64,000 nt of DNA from Acholeplasmataceae bacterium. Its GTDB lineage: Bacteria > Bacillota_I > Bacilli_A > Acholeplasmatales > Acholeplasmataceae. Positions 1 through 10,297 of the stretch are shown piece by piece (position 1 is the stretch's first letter; each line of letters starts with the position of its first letter). The notes beneath the pieces were generated by a model. It had not been told where the DNA came from. It saw only the letters and a program-made list of their open reading frames with translations, and ran no database searches. Location of the stretch: assembly GCA_963667565.1 (NCBI GenBank), contig OY763415.1, positions 1,686,089 to 1,750,088 on the forward strand, given 5' to 3'. Position numbers and translations under genes: made by a program.

Positions 1-9
1 GAAAGCATT

Positions 10-41
10 AGTCTGATACAATTAGGTATCAGGCTTTTTTT
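10..41 (+). terminator. Rho-independent terminator of an upstream gene outside the window
   Basis: Stem agtctgatac/gtatcaggct (one G-U pair) followed by a T run. Confidence 0.6.
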
Positions 42-289
42 GCGCTATATAGGGGCTTTTCGGACTTTTTCAAATGTGCTTTCTACTTAAAATGCATCTA
101 AAAAAGCAGTGAAAATAGGTATGCAAAAGAACTTTCACACGATTACATTGAAAATAACACGATTATCAATATCTTATTTTGCTCGTTTGAGAAAAAATAT
201 CAAATACCATTAATTTATTTATAATATCTTATATTTTTTTATCAAAAGTGCTATAATAATGTTAATAATATGAAAAGGAGATAGATCCT

Positions 290-490
290 ATGATATATTC
301 AGAAAAAATCAAGTTGCTTAGGGAAAAGATGTTTGTTTCTCAAAAGGAACTTGCAGAGATAATTGGGGTTTCTTTTGTTTCTGTAAATCGTTGGGAAACA
401 GGGAAGTTTAATCCGACAATTAAGGCTAAGAAAAAGCTACATGAATTATTTATAAAAAACAAAATCGACCTAGAGGGGGATACAAAATGA
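290..490 (+). CDS. XRE-family HTH regulator, probable RM controller (C-protein-like)
   Basis: SQKELAEIIGVSFVSVNRWETGK HTH; SD aaggag; TG-n-TATAAT promoter at ~249-257; its 3' end overlaps the hsdM start. Confidence 0.85.
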   Translation: MIYSEKIKLLREKMFVSQKELAEIIGVSFVSVNRWETGKFNPTIKAKKKLHELFIKNKIDLEGDTK

Positions 491-1989
491 TTACAGGAGA
501 TTTAAGAAATAAGATTGATAATATTTGGGAGACGTTTTGGACAGGTGGATTAGCTAATCCACTATCAGTTATTGAACAAGTTACATATCTTCTATTTATT
601 AAGCTACTTGACGATAATCAAGTTAAGAAAGAACGTAATGCACAGGTTTTGGGAGTTGAATCTAAAAATCTAATATTTAAATCTGGTAATTATGTTGATG
701 AGAAAGAAAATATTAATGAGCCATATATTAACTTAAGATGGAGCCATTTTAAGAATTTTGAGCCACAAGAATTATTTAATACAGTTAAAGACAAAGTGTT
801 TCCTTTCATCAAACAAATTAATAACGGGAAGGATACGGCATTTTCAAGATATATGAAAGATGCTGTATTTATGGTGCCAACACCAAGAGTATTATTAAAA
901 GTAGTTGATGGATTGGATGCACTAGATCTTAATAATAAAGACATCATGGGAGATGTCTATGAATATTTACTTGCTAAAATAGCATCTAGTGGTACCAATG
1001 GTCAATTTAGAACACCGAGACACATCATTCGAATGATGGTAGAACTTATGAAGCCAACATTAAATGATGTCATAGTTGATCCAGCAATGGGTAGTGCTGG
1101 ATTTGTTGTAGAGTCAGCTAGATACATTCATGAACATTATTCAAAGGAATTATTAAAAGCTGAACACCAAGAAAAATTTACTACAACAATGTTTAGTGGT
1201 TATGATACTGATCAAACGATGCTTCGTATTGGTGCGATGAACATGATGCTTCATGGTGTTGATCAGCCAGATATTAAATATCAAGATTCGCTTTCAGAAG
1301 AAAATACAGCAGCAAATAAGTTTTCTTTAATCTTAGCCAATCCACCTTTCAAAGGTAGTTTAGATTATGAAGCTGTATCTAAAGATTTACTAGCAGTAAC
1401 AAAAACAAAGAAAACTGAATTATTATTTTTAGCTGTAATGCTAAGAATGTTAAAAGTTGGCGGAAGAGCAGCTTCCATTGTTCCAGATGGAATCCTTTTT
1501 GGCTCTAGTAATGCCCATAAAGCAATTAGAAAAGAACTTGTGGACAATCAAAAACTTGTCGCAGTTATTTCTATGCCTAGTGGTGTATTTAAACCATATG
1601 CTGGAGTTTCAACAGCTATTATTATATTTACTAAAACAAACACAGGTGGAACAGATAAAGTTTGGTTTTATAATATGGAAGCAGATGGATTTACATTAGA
1701 TGATAAGCGTAATCCTATTGAAAATAATGACATAGAAGATATTATCAATAGATTCCATCATTTAGATCAAGAAGCAACTAGAACCAGACTTGAAAAATCT
1801 TTCTTTGTAGATAAAAAAGACATAATTGATAATGATTATGACTTATCGATTAATAAGTATATAGAAACTGAATATGAAAAAGTAGAATATGACTCACCAT
1901 CAGTCATTTTGGGTAGAATAGATACTTTGGATGAAGAGATTGAAGCATTTAAAAAAGAACTCAAATCTCTTCTAAATTTAGATTTGTAG
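487..1989 (+). CDS. hsdM: Type I RM methyltransferase subunit HsdM
   Basis: GQFRTPRH, DPAMGSAGF (motif I), ANPPF (motif IV). Confidence 0.97.
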   Translation: MITGDLRNKIDNIWETFWTGGLANPLSVIEQVTYLLFIKLLDDNQVKKERNAQVLGVESKNLIFKSGNYVDEKENINEPYINLRWSHFKNFEPQELFNTVKDKVFPFIKQINNGKDTAFSRYMKDAVFMVPTPRVLLKVVDGLDALDLNNKDIMGDVYEYLLAKIASSGTNGQFRTPRHIIRMMVELMKPTLNDVIVDPAMGSAGFVVESARYIHEHYSKELLKAEHQEKFTTTMFSGYDTDQTMLRIGAMNMMLHGVDQPDIKYQDSLSEENTAANKFSLILANPPFKGSLDYEAVSKDLLAVTKTKKTELLFLAVMLRMLKVGGRAASIVPDGILFGSSNAHKAIRKELVDNQKLVAVISMPSGVFKPYAGVSTAIIIFTKTNTGGTDKVWFYNMEADGFTLDDKRNPIENNDIEDIINRFHHLDQEATRTRLEKSFFVDKKDIIDNDYDLSINKYIETEYEKVEYDSPSVILGRIDTLDEEIEAFKKELKSLLNLDL

Positions 1990-1991
1990 GG
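1974..1991 (+). repeat. hsdS repeat R1, copy a (aaatttagatttgtaggg)
   Basis: 18-bp identity with 4226-4243; core AAAT-ttag-ATTTG; contains the hsdM stop codon. Confidence 0.85.
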
Positions 1992-1998
1992 CAATCAT

Positions 1999-3198
1999 AT
2001 GATAAAAGATATGGTTAAAAACTACTCAGAACAAATAAGAGGTGTATCTTATAAGGGTAGTGATTTACACGATTCCTTAAGTGAACAGTCAGTAGTTTTG
2101 CTAAGAGCGAACAATATTTCCGAAAATGAGATTAATTTTGATAGTGTTGTTTATGTTGATAAATCTCGAGTTTCAGCGAAACAATACCTTCGTAAAGGTG
2201 ATATAGTTGTTTGCGCATCGAGCGGAAGTAAGAATTTGGTAGGTAAAGCAGCACAAGTTAATTTTGATAAGGAAGTTACTTTTGGTGCATTTTTGAAGGT
2301 TGTAAGACCACAGAATATATTGAATGAATACTTAGGGTACTATTTTCTGAGTGATTCTTATAGAAAAACCATTTCTTCAATATCTGAAGGTGCAAATATA
2401 AACAACATTAGAAATGAACATATCGATAATTTGCCTATTGAAATTGTTAATGACAAAGAGCAACAAGAAAGATCTGGTATTTTAGAAAAAGTATATCGAA
2501 TTATTAAGCATAAGAAAGAACAGCTTATAGATTATGATCAACTTATCAAATCCCGATTTGTTGAGATGTTTGGAGAGCCAATTATTAATGATAAAAACTG
2601 GAAACAAGTTAAGTTAAAAAAATTAGCACTCAAAATCATGAGTGGTAACACGCCTAAAGGTGGAAGTCAAGTTTATGTTGATGATGGGATATTGTTTTTC
2701 AGAAGCCAAAATGTTTGGAAGAATAAAATTGAGATAGATGATATTGCATATATTGATGAAGAAACACACAGAAAAATGTCTAGGAGTAGTTTAAAACATA
2801 AAGATATATTAATGACAAAAACCGGCAGAATTAATACTGAAAATAGTAGTTTGGGAAGAGCTGCAATGTACTTAGGAGCAGATGATAAAGCTAATATTAA
2901 TGGACATGTCTACTTGATTAGGCTAAATGAAATAGCAGCGAAAGAATTTGTATTATTCATCATAACTACAAATGAATATCGTGATTATATTCGAAGTGTT
3001 TGCGTCGGAGGAATAGATAAACGACAGTTAAACAAAGATCATATTGAAGATTTTCCAATAATATTACCACCAAGAAGTATGCAAGACGACTTTGTTAAAT
3101 TGATAAACCAGGTCGACAAATTGAAATTTGAAGTTCAGAAATCTTTAGATGAAACTCAGATGCTATTTGATTCCTTAATGCAAGAATATTTTGGTTAA
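1999..3198 (+). CDS. hsdS: Type I RM specificity subunit HsdS (complete: two TRDs plus C-terminal helix)
   Basis: Two TRDs separated by YDQLIKSRFVEMFG; ends with VDKLKFEVQKSLDETQMLFDSLMQEYFG. Confidence 0.95.
   Translation: MIKDMVKNYSEQIRGVSYKGSDLHDSLSEQSVVLLRANNISENEINFDSVVYVDKSRVSAKQYLRKGDIVVCASSGSKNLVGKAAQVNFDKEVTFGAFLKVVRPQNILNEYLGYYFLSDSYRKTISSISEGANINNIRNEHIDNLPIEIVNDKEQQERSGILEKVYRIIKHKKEQLIDYDQLIKSRFVEMFGEPIINDKNWKQVKLKKLALKIMSGNTPKGGSQVYVDDGILFFRSQNVWKNKIEIDDIAYIDEETHRKMSRSSLKHKDILMTKTGRINTENSSLGRAAMYLGADDKANINGHVYLIRLNEIAAKEFVLFIITTNEYRDYIRSVCVGGIDKRQLNKDHIEDFPIILPPRSMQDDFVKLINQVDKLKFEVQKSLDETQMLFDSLMQEYFG
2533..2573 (+). repeat. hsdS repeat R2, copy a
   Basis: 41 bp with 1 mismatch to 4774-4814; core CAAAT-cccg-ATTTG. 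Confidence 0.9.
3112..3133 (+). repeat. hsdS repeat R3, copy a (gtcgacaaattgaaatttgaag)
   Basis: 22-bp identity with 5311-5332; core CAAAT-tgaa-ATTTG. Confidence 0.9.
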
Positions 3199-3244
3199 TG
3201 AATTAAATGTTTGATATACTTTTCTATAAAAAGGAGTGTATCAA

Positions 3245-4213
3245 ATGCAAAATCAAATAGAAATTATCTTAAATGACATGAGTGATTGTTTAAGCATCAC
3301 TCAAATGAAACAATTACAAGAAACTTTAGTAAAAAGGCTCGAGTATGAAACTTTTGAAGAAGAAATCATGGAAAATAATGGATATCTAATTATGTTTTTA
3401 TCAGCTAAACAAGTAGAAGGGTGTTCTAAAAGAACAATCGATTATTATCAATCAACAATAGCAAAGATGCTAAATATTATAGATATTCCAATTAGGAAGA
3501 TAACAACTGAAACAATTAGAGAATATTTAAAAGAATATCAAGCTATAAATGATTGTAGTAAGTTGACAATCGATAACATTAGACGAAATCTATCAAGTTT
3601 CTTTTCGTGGTTAGAGGAAGAAAATCACATTTTAAAGAATCCAATCAAAAGGATTAAAAAAATAAAAGCAGGCATGACTGTTAAAGAAATAATATCAGAT
3701 GAAAAAATAGAGATCATGAGGGATGCATGTACGTGTAGCAGGGATCTTGCAATAATCGATATGCTATATTCAACAGGAATTAGAGTAGGTGAGCTAGTTA
3801 ATCTAGACATTAATGATATCAACTTTCATGAGAGAGAATGTGTGGTTTACGGGAAAGGCGATAAAGAGAGAAGAGTTTATTTTGATGCAAAGACAAAATT
3901 ACATTTGGAAAAGTATATAAGTGAAAGAAATGATTCTTCACAAGCTTTGTTTGTTACCTTGAACAAACCATATAATAGACTTCAAATAAGTGGAGTTGAG
4001 ATTCGAATAAGGAATCACGGAAGAAGTTTAGGCTATGAAAATATACATCCACACAAATTTAGAAGAACAATGGCAACTAGAGCTATAGATAAAGGGATGC
4101 CAATTGAACAAGTCCAACAACTGCTAGGACATCAACAAATTGATACAACGATGAAATATGCGATGGTTAACCAAAACAATGTGAAAATCTCACATAAAAA
4201 GTTTATTGGCTGA
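3245..4213 (+). CDS. Tyrosine site-specific recombinase (hsdS-associated)
   Basis: Catalytic residues in STGIRVGE (R), GKGDK (K), HPHKFRR (HxxR), LLGH (H) and TTMKY (Y); SD aaggag favours ATG 3245 over GTG 3236. Confidence 0.93.
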   Translation: MQNQIEIILNDMSDCLSITQMKQLQETLVKRLEYETFEEEIMENNGYLIMFLSAKQVEGCSKRTIDYYQSTIAKMLNIIDIPIRKITTETIREYLKEYQAINDCSKLTIDNIRRNLSSFFSWLEEENHILKNPIKRIKKIKAGMTVKEIISDEKIEIMRDACTCSRDLAIIDMLYSTGIRVGELVNLDINDINFHERECVVYGKGDKERRVYFDAKTKLHLEKYISERNDSSQALFVTLNKPYNRLQISGVEIRIRNHGRSLGYENIHPHKFRRTMATRAIDKGMPIEQVQQLLGHQQIDTTMKYAMVNQNNVKISHKKFIG

Positions 4214-4225
4214 TACGCTTCTTAC

Positions 4226-4243
4226 AAATTTAGATTTGTAGGG
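4226..4243 (+). repeat. hsdS repeat R1, copy b
   Basis: Identical to 1974-1991; lies just before the second hsdS start. Confidence 0.85.
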
Positions 4244-4251
4244 ATGAAATT

Positions 4252-5358
4252 ATGAGAGACTACACACTAGATCAACTGTTCGATTTACAAATGGGAAAGA
4301 CACCAGCCCGTGATGATAGCAGCTACTGGTCAGATGGTATAAATGACTGGATATCTATTCGAGACTTAACAAATAGTGATAAATATATCAATAGCACAAA
4401 TGAAAAAATATCAGACATTGCTTTAAAGAAAACCGGCATTAGATTAATACCCCAAAATACTGTAATAATGAGTTTTAAACTCTCTATAGGTAAGGTAGCC
4501 ATAACTTCAAAAAATATGTATTCAAATGAGGCAATCATGGCTTTTCATGATAAAAAAGTTACTGAAATCATACCTGAGTATCTATATTATCTTCTCCTAG
4601 GACATAAATGGGATGAAGGTTCAAATAAAGCAGTGATGGGTATCACTTTAAATAAAGCAACTTTATCAAAAGTTAAAATATCTATACATGACACTAATTC
4701 TCAGAACAATATCGTATCAACTTTAAGTTTATTAGATCAACTAATAATAAATAGGAAAAAACAATTAATAGAATATGATCAACTAATCAAATCCCGATTT
4801 GTTGAGATGTTTGGTGATCCAGAATCAAATACCAAGAATTATCCTATGGTGAACCTTAGTGATATTGCTAATTATTTTAATGGTCTAACATATAGTCCAG
4901 AAAATGTGAGTGATGAAGGAATAATTGTCTTAAGATCAAGCAATATTCAAAACTCTAAATTAGATTTCAAAGATATAGTTAGAGTTCAATTAAACGTAAA
5001 AGAAAATAAAATTGTTAGAAAAAATGACATTTTAATGTGCTCAAGAAATGGAAGTGCAAAACTTGTTGGAAAAGTAGCATTAATAGACAATTTACCAGAA
5101 AAAATGGCATTTGGTGCATTCATGATGATTATAAGAAGTGAATATCATTCGTACTTAATGAGCTATATGCAAATGGATGCATTTAGAAGACAAATCACAA
5201 CTGGTGCAACAACTACAATTAATCAGATAACCAGTAGAATGCTTGATAATGTTAAGTTACCTCTTCCAGATATGAGTCAAGTTAAGGATTTTGAGTTACT
5301 GGTTAAACAAGTCGACAAATTGAAATTTGAAGATAATTTCTTACAATATAAAGATTGA
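4252..5358 (+). CDS. hsdS: Second HsdS cassette (two TRDs, C-terminal conserved helix missing)
   Basis: GKTP TRD start and YDQLIKSRFVEMFG spacer; diverges right after VDKLKFE and stops 8 codons later. Confidence 0.9.
   Translation: MRDYTLDQLFDLQMGKTPARDDSSYWSDGINDWISIRDLTNSDKYINSTNEKISDIALKKTGIRLIPQNTVIMSFKLSIGKVAITSKNMYSNEAIMAFHDKKVTEIIPEYLYYLLLGHKWDEGSNKAVMGITLNKATLSKVKISIHDTNSQNNIVSTLSLLDQLIINRKKQLIEYDQLIKSRFVEMFGDPESNTKNYPMVNLSDIANYFNGLTYSPENVSDEGIIVLRSSNIQNSKLDFKDIVRVQLNVKENKIVRKNDILMCSRNGSAKLVGKVALIDNLPEKMAFGAFMMIIRSEYHSYLMSYMQMDAFRRQITTGATTTINQITSRMLDNVKLPLPDMSQVKDFELLVKQVDKLKFEDNFLQYKD
4774..4814 (+). repeat. hsdS repeat R2, copy b
   Basis: Matches 2533-2573. Confidence 0.9.
5311..5332 (+). 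repeat. hsdS repeat R3, copy b
   Basis: Matches 3112-3133. Confidence 0.9.
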
Positions 5359-5406
5359 TATTTTAGATTAATAAAATCACATTAACATAGATAAGGAAGT
5401 GGCTTT

Positions 5407-8400
5407 ATGAATTTTGACTATTTAAAAACCATAGAATCATTAAAGGACTTATATGTATTTTGCAAAGATGCAGAATCATTTGTTTTGTCACGTCCTGATC
5501 TGAGTGCCGGCCAATCAAGAAAAGCTCTAGAGTACCTAGTAAAACTAGTATATCAATTAAGAAACGATAATGTGCCACAACGAAGTTCTTTATTTGAACT
5601 AGTTTCGTCCGAAGACTTTACAAATTTTATCAATGATGCTTCTATGCTTAATGCATTGCACTATATTCGAAAAGTTGGAAACATAGCTATACACAATGAA
5701 GAAGTGAGTCAAAAAGAAGCACTTGTGTCTTTAAAACAACTTCATATTTTCGCTGGAGAATTACTCATCAAACTTGATTTAGTAAATGAATATCCTTTAT
5801 TTGATGAACAATTACTAGTAAAAACAACTTCATCATTACCAATTAATCAGGAAGTTGATATAAATACCACATTAGTTAACCAACTTAAATCTAAAGTAGA
5901 CAAACAAACAACGCTTGGCGTTGGTGTTAATATAAGTGAAGCTGAAACACGTAAGCTATACATCGATTTATATTTAAGAGAAGCTGGTTGGAAAGTTTTA
6001 GACAAAGAAAATGTGAAACTTCCAGAAAAGGCTGGGATAGAAATTAAAGTACAAGGTATGCCTAATAATCAAGGCATAGGCTTTGTTGATTATGTTTTGT
6101 ATGGAAGTGATGGCAAACCTTTAGCAGTTGTAGAAGCCAAGAAAACAAGTGTTTCACCTATCAAAGGAAGAGAACAAGCTCTACTATATGCTAAATGTTT
6201 ACAACAAGAGTATGGATATCTGCCAATTGTCTATTACACAAATGGATACCAGATTTGGATTATTGATCAATTAGGATATCCAGCTAGACAAATTTTTGGA
6301 TTCCATAATATAAAAGAACTTGAATACTTGATGAAGCTTCGTCAAAGAGGTTCTATTAGTGATTTATCAATCAATGAATCAATCAGTGATAGACCATATC
6401 AAAAAATGGCAATTACAAACGTTGCAGAAACCTTTAATCATAATCGAAGAAAAGCATTGCTTGTAATGGCTACAGGTACAGGAAAGACAAGAACAGCAAT
6501 ATCGTTAGTTGAACTACTTGCGAGAAATCGTTGGGTTAAAAATGTGCTATTTTTAGCAGATAGAACAGCTCTAGTGACTCAAGCAAAAAGAAACTTCAAC
6601 AAACTACTGCCTAACTACACCATATCTGTTTTATCTGACAAAGATAAAGAACCAGACCTAAATGCACGTTTGGTCTTTTCGACGTATCAAACGATGATTA
6701 ACTTAATCGATGGTGATGATAGAACATTTGGCATTGGACGATTTGATTTAATCATTATTGATGAAGCCCATCGTTCCATATTCAATAAATATAAAGCCAT
6801 CTTTACATACTTTGATTCTCTACTGGTGGGCTTAACTGCGACACCAAGAGATGAAATCGAAAGATCTACATATTCAACTTTTGATTTGGAAGAAGGATTA
6901 CCGACTTATCATTATGAGATGGAAGAAGCTGTAAGAGACCAATATTTAGTTGGTTATACCGTTCTAGACAGAACGACTAAGTTCTTAAAACAAGGTGTTA
7001 AGTACAGTGATTTATCAAAAGAGGAAAAAGAGGAATATGAAAAGACATTTTTAACTCCTGAAGGTGAATTGCCAACTGAACTAAGTGGAGCAGACTTTTT
7101 CAAGAAGATTTACAATAATAATACTGTGGATTTAGTTTTGCAAGCACTTATGAACGAAGGTTTAAAGGTTAATAGTGGCGATTTGATTGGCAAAACAATT
7201 ATATTCGCTTTTAACCATGTCCATGCGGAACTCATTGTTAAAAGATTTGAAAAATTATATCCTGAACTCGGACCTGAATATTGTAAACTAGTAGATAATT
7301 ATGTGACTTATGCTCAAAATATTATTGATACATTCAGTGTAAGAGATAAGTTGCCACAAATTGCAGTATCAGTAGATATGCTTGATACAGGAATTGACGT
7401 ACCAGACATTTTAAACTTGGTATTTTTTAAACGCATCTACTCTAAAATCAAATTTGTTCAAATGATTGGTAGAGGCACTCGGAAATCCGAAGATATTTTT
7501 GGCCACTTTAAACATAAGAACCAATTCTATATCTTTGACTTCTGCGATAATTTTAGTTTCTTCGAAATGAATCCTGAAGGTAGAAAAGTGAATCAGGGAT
7601 ATTCAATGACTCAAAAAGTCTTTCAAATGAAACTTGATTTGTTATTTGAACTTCAAAAGCAAGAACATCAATCAAATGAGTTCCATAAAACTTATTATTT
7701 GAACATAAGAAATGAACTCTATCAAACGGTTAGAAATTTCAATAGAGATCGTATTTTAGTAAGGGATAATATGCCATTAGTAGATAAGTATTCTGTTGAA
7801 AGTAAATGGACTTATCTATCCAAATTTGATATCCAAGAAGTAAAAAACAATCTCACATTATTAGTGGATAGTGATAAGGACATAGAATCAGCAAAAGCAT
7901 TTGACTTAAAAGTGTTTTACATTATGCTATCTCTTGTTTCAGAAGATGTTGTTGCTAAAAGAGCAATAGAACAAGTAGTTAGAATTTCACAAGCACTTCT
8001 TGAAAGACTTAGTATTCCTCAAGTAGCAGAGAAAAATGATTTGTTATTAGAAGTTTTAACTCAAACTTACTGGAACAATGTCAATATAGAAACACTGGAG
8101 CACCTAAGAAATGAAATAAGATATTTGATTCAGTACATTACAGATGAAGTTGGTATTTATTCAACTGATTTCAAGGATGAACTGATTGATCAAGGCACTA
8201 AGGATGTCAACATTATTGATTTTAAAACATATCAAGAAAAAGTGATTGATTATCTTCTAACAAATGAAATCAATGAAACAATTATCAAGATAAAAATGTT
8301 AGATAAAATAGATGCCGACGACTTAAAAGAATTAGAACGTATATTATGGCAAGAATTAGGTACCAAAGATGACTATTTCAATGTGACGAAAGAAGAAAAC

Positions 8401-8673
8401 TTGGCAGTATTTATTCGCAGTATTGTCGGTATCGAGCAAGAAGCGATTAATAAGAAGTTCTCAGAATATCTAAATACAAATATTTTGTCTGCAAAACAAC
8501 AAGAATTTGTGAAAAGCATCATTAATTATGTTCAACAAAACGGCGATATAACGAAACAAGACTTAGTTGATAAGTCGCCGTTCAGTGATTTTGATGTTGT
8601 TGGACTTTTTGATGATAAAATAGGTGTTTTAATACACATTATATCTTATTTACACAATAGTATTATTATTTGA
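5407..8673 (+). CDS. hsdR: Type I RM restriction subunit HsdR (DUF4145-like N-terminus, EcoEI-like C-terminus)
   Basis: VDYVL..VEAK nuclease motif, [26 protein letters not shown]. Confidence 0.96.
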   Translation: MNFDYLKTIESLKDLYVFCKDAESFVLSRPDLSAGQSRKALEYLVKLVYQLRNDNVPQRSSLFELVSSEDFTNFINDASMLNALHYIRKVGNIAIHNEEVSQKEALVSLKQLHIFAGELLIKLDLVNEYPLFDEQLLVKTTSSLPINQEVDINTTLVNQLKSKVDKQTTLGVGVNISEAETRKLYIDLYLREAGWKVLDKENVKLPEKAGIEIKVQGMPNNQGIGFVDYVLYGSDGKPLAVVEAKKTSVSPIKGREQALLYAKCLQQEYGYLPIVYYTNGYQIWIIDQLGYPARQIFGFHNIKELEYLMKLRQRGSISDLSINESISDRPYQKMAITNVAETFNHNRRKALLVMATGTGKTRTAISLVELLARNRWVKNVLFLADRTALVTQAKRNFNKLLPNYTISVLSDKDKEPDLNARLVFSTYQTMINLIDGDDRTFGIGRFDLIIIDEAHRSIFNKYKAIFTYFDSLLVGLTATPRDEIERSTYSTFDLEEGLPTYHYEMEEAVRDQYLVGYTVLDRTTKFLKQGVKYSDLSKEEKEEYEKTFLTPEGELPTELSGADFFKKIYNNNTVDLVLQALMNEGLKVNSGDLIGKTIIFAFNHVHAELIVKRFEKLYPELGPEYCKLVDNYVTYAQNIIDTFSVRDKLPQIAVSVDMLDTGIDVPDILNLVFFKRIYSKIKFVQMIGRGTRKSEDIFGHFKHKNQFYIFDFCDNFSFFEMNPEGRKVNQGYSMTQKVFQMKLDLLFELQKQEHQSNEFHKTYYLNIRNELYQTVRNFNRDRILVRDNMPLVDKYSVESKWTYLSKFDIQEVKNNLTLLVDSDKDIESAKAFDLKVFYIMLSLVSEDVVAKRAIEQVVRISQALLERLSIPQVAEKNDLLLEVLTQTYWNNVNIETLEHLRNEIRYLIQYITDEVGIYSTDFKDELIDQGTKDVNIIDFKTYQEKVIDYLLTNEINETIIKIKMLDKIDADDLKELERILWQELGTKDDYFNVTKEENLAVFIRSIVGIEQEAINKKFSEYLNTNILSAKQQEFVKSIINYVQQNGDITKQDLVDKSPFSDFDVVGLFDDKIGVLIHIISYLHNSIII

Positions 8674-8705
8674 ATATTTAAAAATATTTATAGAATGAAA
8701 GATAG

Positions 8706-10160
8706 GTGAATCAAGCGATGCCAGATGTCTACCAAGTGATAGTAAACACGGTTCAAGAGAGAATAGAAAAATACCAACAAGTTCTCTCTAATATTAATAT
8801 CAATGTTCAGCCACTATTTGATTTCAATATTAATTATAAGAATGAAAGATCAATTGCTTCTTTCATTACTTATGAATTATTTGAAATTTTTAATGATTTA
8901 GGTATGACTGATGTTAGTGTATTAAATGAGATGGATCTTCGTCTTAATAGCACTATAACGGATCAACAGATTAGTGAAATAGAATCTTGTGTAGACCAAG
9001 CATTAATTAATGCAAAGAAAAAGAAATTTATACCCGATACATTTGTAACTTTTTTAGATACTGATAATAATAGAATTTCTATTTTTGTAGAATATAAAGT
9101 TAATAGTAGCTTTAAATATCTACAACTAGCAAACGATTATATTAAATTTAAACACTATTCAATTAACAGTACAACAAAGCCTTATTTCGTATATGTGCTT
9201 TTGAATCCAAATGATAATGGATTACTTATCACACTTAAAAATAATACTTTAACAAATCCCAAATATCAGTTAATTGATGTGACCATTAATGAACAAGCAA
9301 TTGATTCTACTGCAAATATATTCATTTATAAAAATGAAGATACAAATTCAAATTTATCTGACGATCTATTAAATATTGTTGATGAGATTAATAAAAAAAT
9401 GGAAGATTTCAACTTATTAGCGTTAGATAATAGTTTTGATGAAATATTCAATTATGGTGAAAACGCTTATTATACCAACATGGGAAAGTTTGCAAGTAGA
9501 GTATTAACTTCACAAAGAATTCGGAAGAAGTATTCTGAAATATTAAGATTATTTAATACAATCAAACAATATGAAGGTGTTATTGAAGTACCTGAAGATT
9601 CGTTCATCACACTCGAAGATTTCAAATCAGATAGTATCAATACAGATTTCTTTATAGAAAAGCTAACACGTTATTTTAATAATCAAATAAGAAATCAAAC
9701 AAGCGAGGATGAAAATGATATAAATAATGCTGAATTTAGTTATAGTAGAAAAAGAGCTCTATGGATTCAAATGCTATTGCAAAAATTCTCTGAAGATTTT
9801 AGTGAAACATATGAACTTGTTCATTATTATGATCCAAAAGAAAGAGAGGACTCAATAGGTATTTTTGAGAGACTTCAATCTGCCTATAATGGACACTACA
9901 AGAAAAACTTCAATCAATTAGCATTAGGTTTAATATATTACATAGTTCAATTATATAAAGCGCTATTTAGTCTAAATGAGAATAAACTAGAATATAAAAA
10001 AGAATTTTTAGCTTATGAAATCAAATCATCTATATTAAAACAAATTAAAAAATATAGAAAAACAATTGGCCTTTCAAGAATTTTAATTGACTGGGATTCT
10101 AATATATTAGATCAAGGTAAAGAAATACTGGTACAAGTTTTAAGTGACTTGAAAATGTGA
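8706..10160 (+). CDS. Hypothetical protein with a PD-(D/E)xK-like nuclease motif
   Basis: IPDTFV...IFVEYK...QLANDY pattern; directly downstream of hsdR. Confidence 0.5.
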   Translation: MNQAMPDVYQVIVNTVQERIEKYQQVLSNININVQPLFDFNINYKNERSIASFITYELFEIFNDLGMTDVSVLNEMDLRLNSTITDQQISEIESCVDQALINAKKKKFIPDTFVTFLDTDNNRISIFVEYKVNSSFKYLQLANDYIKFKHYSINSTTKPYFVYVLLNPNDNGLLITLKNNTLTNPKYQLIDVTINEQAIDSTANIFIYKNEDTNSNLSDDLLNIVDEINKKMEDFNLLALDNSFDEIFNYGENAYYTNMGKFASRVLTSQRIRKKYSEILRLFNTIKQYEGVIEVPEDSFITLEDFKSDSINTDFFIEKLTRYFNNQIRNQTSEDENDINNAEFSYSRKRALWIQMLLQKFSEDFSETYELVHYYDPKEREDSIGIFERLQSAYNGHYKKNFNQLALGLIYYIVQLYKALFSLNENKLEYKKEFLAYEIKSSILKQIKKYRKTIGLSRILIDWDSNILDQGKEILVQVLSDLKM

Positions 10161-10213
10161 TATAATAATTAATAAAGTTTTAGACAAAATGATATAACAA
10201 CATAGTAAAAGCA

Positions 10214-10276
10214 AAATTGGGGAATGATTGCACTTATAAGTTGAAATATACGCGACATTTAAGTGTTGCGTTTTTT
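10214..10276 (+). promoter_or_regulatory. Conserved leader/attenuator-like element, copy A
   Basis: GGGAATGatTGCACT, then hairpin cgcgaca/tgttgcg + T6; homologous to 20161-20240 and 39879-39953. Confidence 0.6.
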
Positions 10277-10297
10277 CATTTAAAAAATGGTGGGATA

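Noticed and set aside
3245..4213. Integron integrase or prophage integrase
   Set aside because: No attC cassette array or phage genes; the position between hsdS cassettes with matched repeats explains it
10217..10297. N-terminal extension of the helicase ORF from TTG 10217
   Set aside because: Covers the conserved leader and terminator hairpin; ATG 10298 has an SD-like ggtggg
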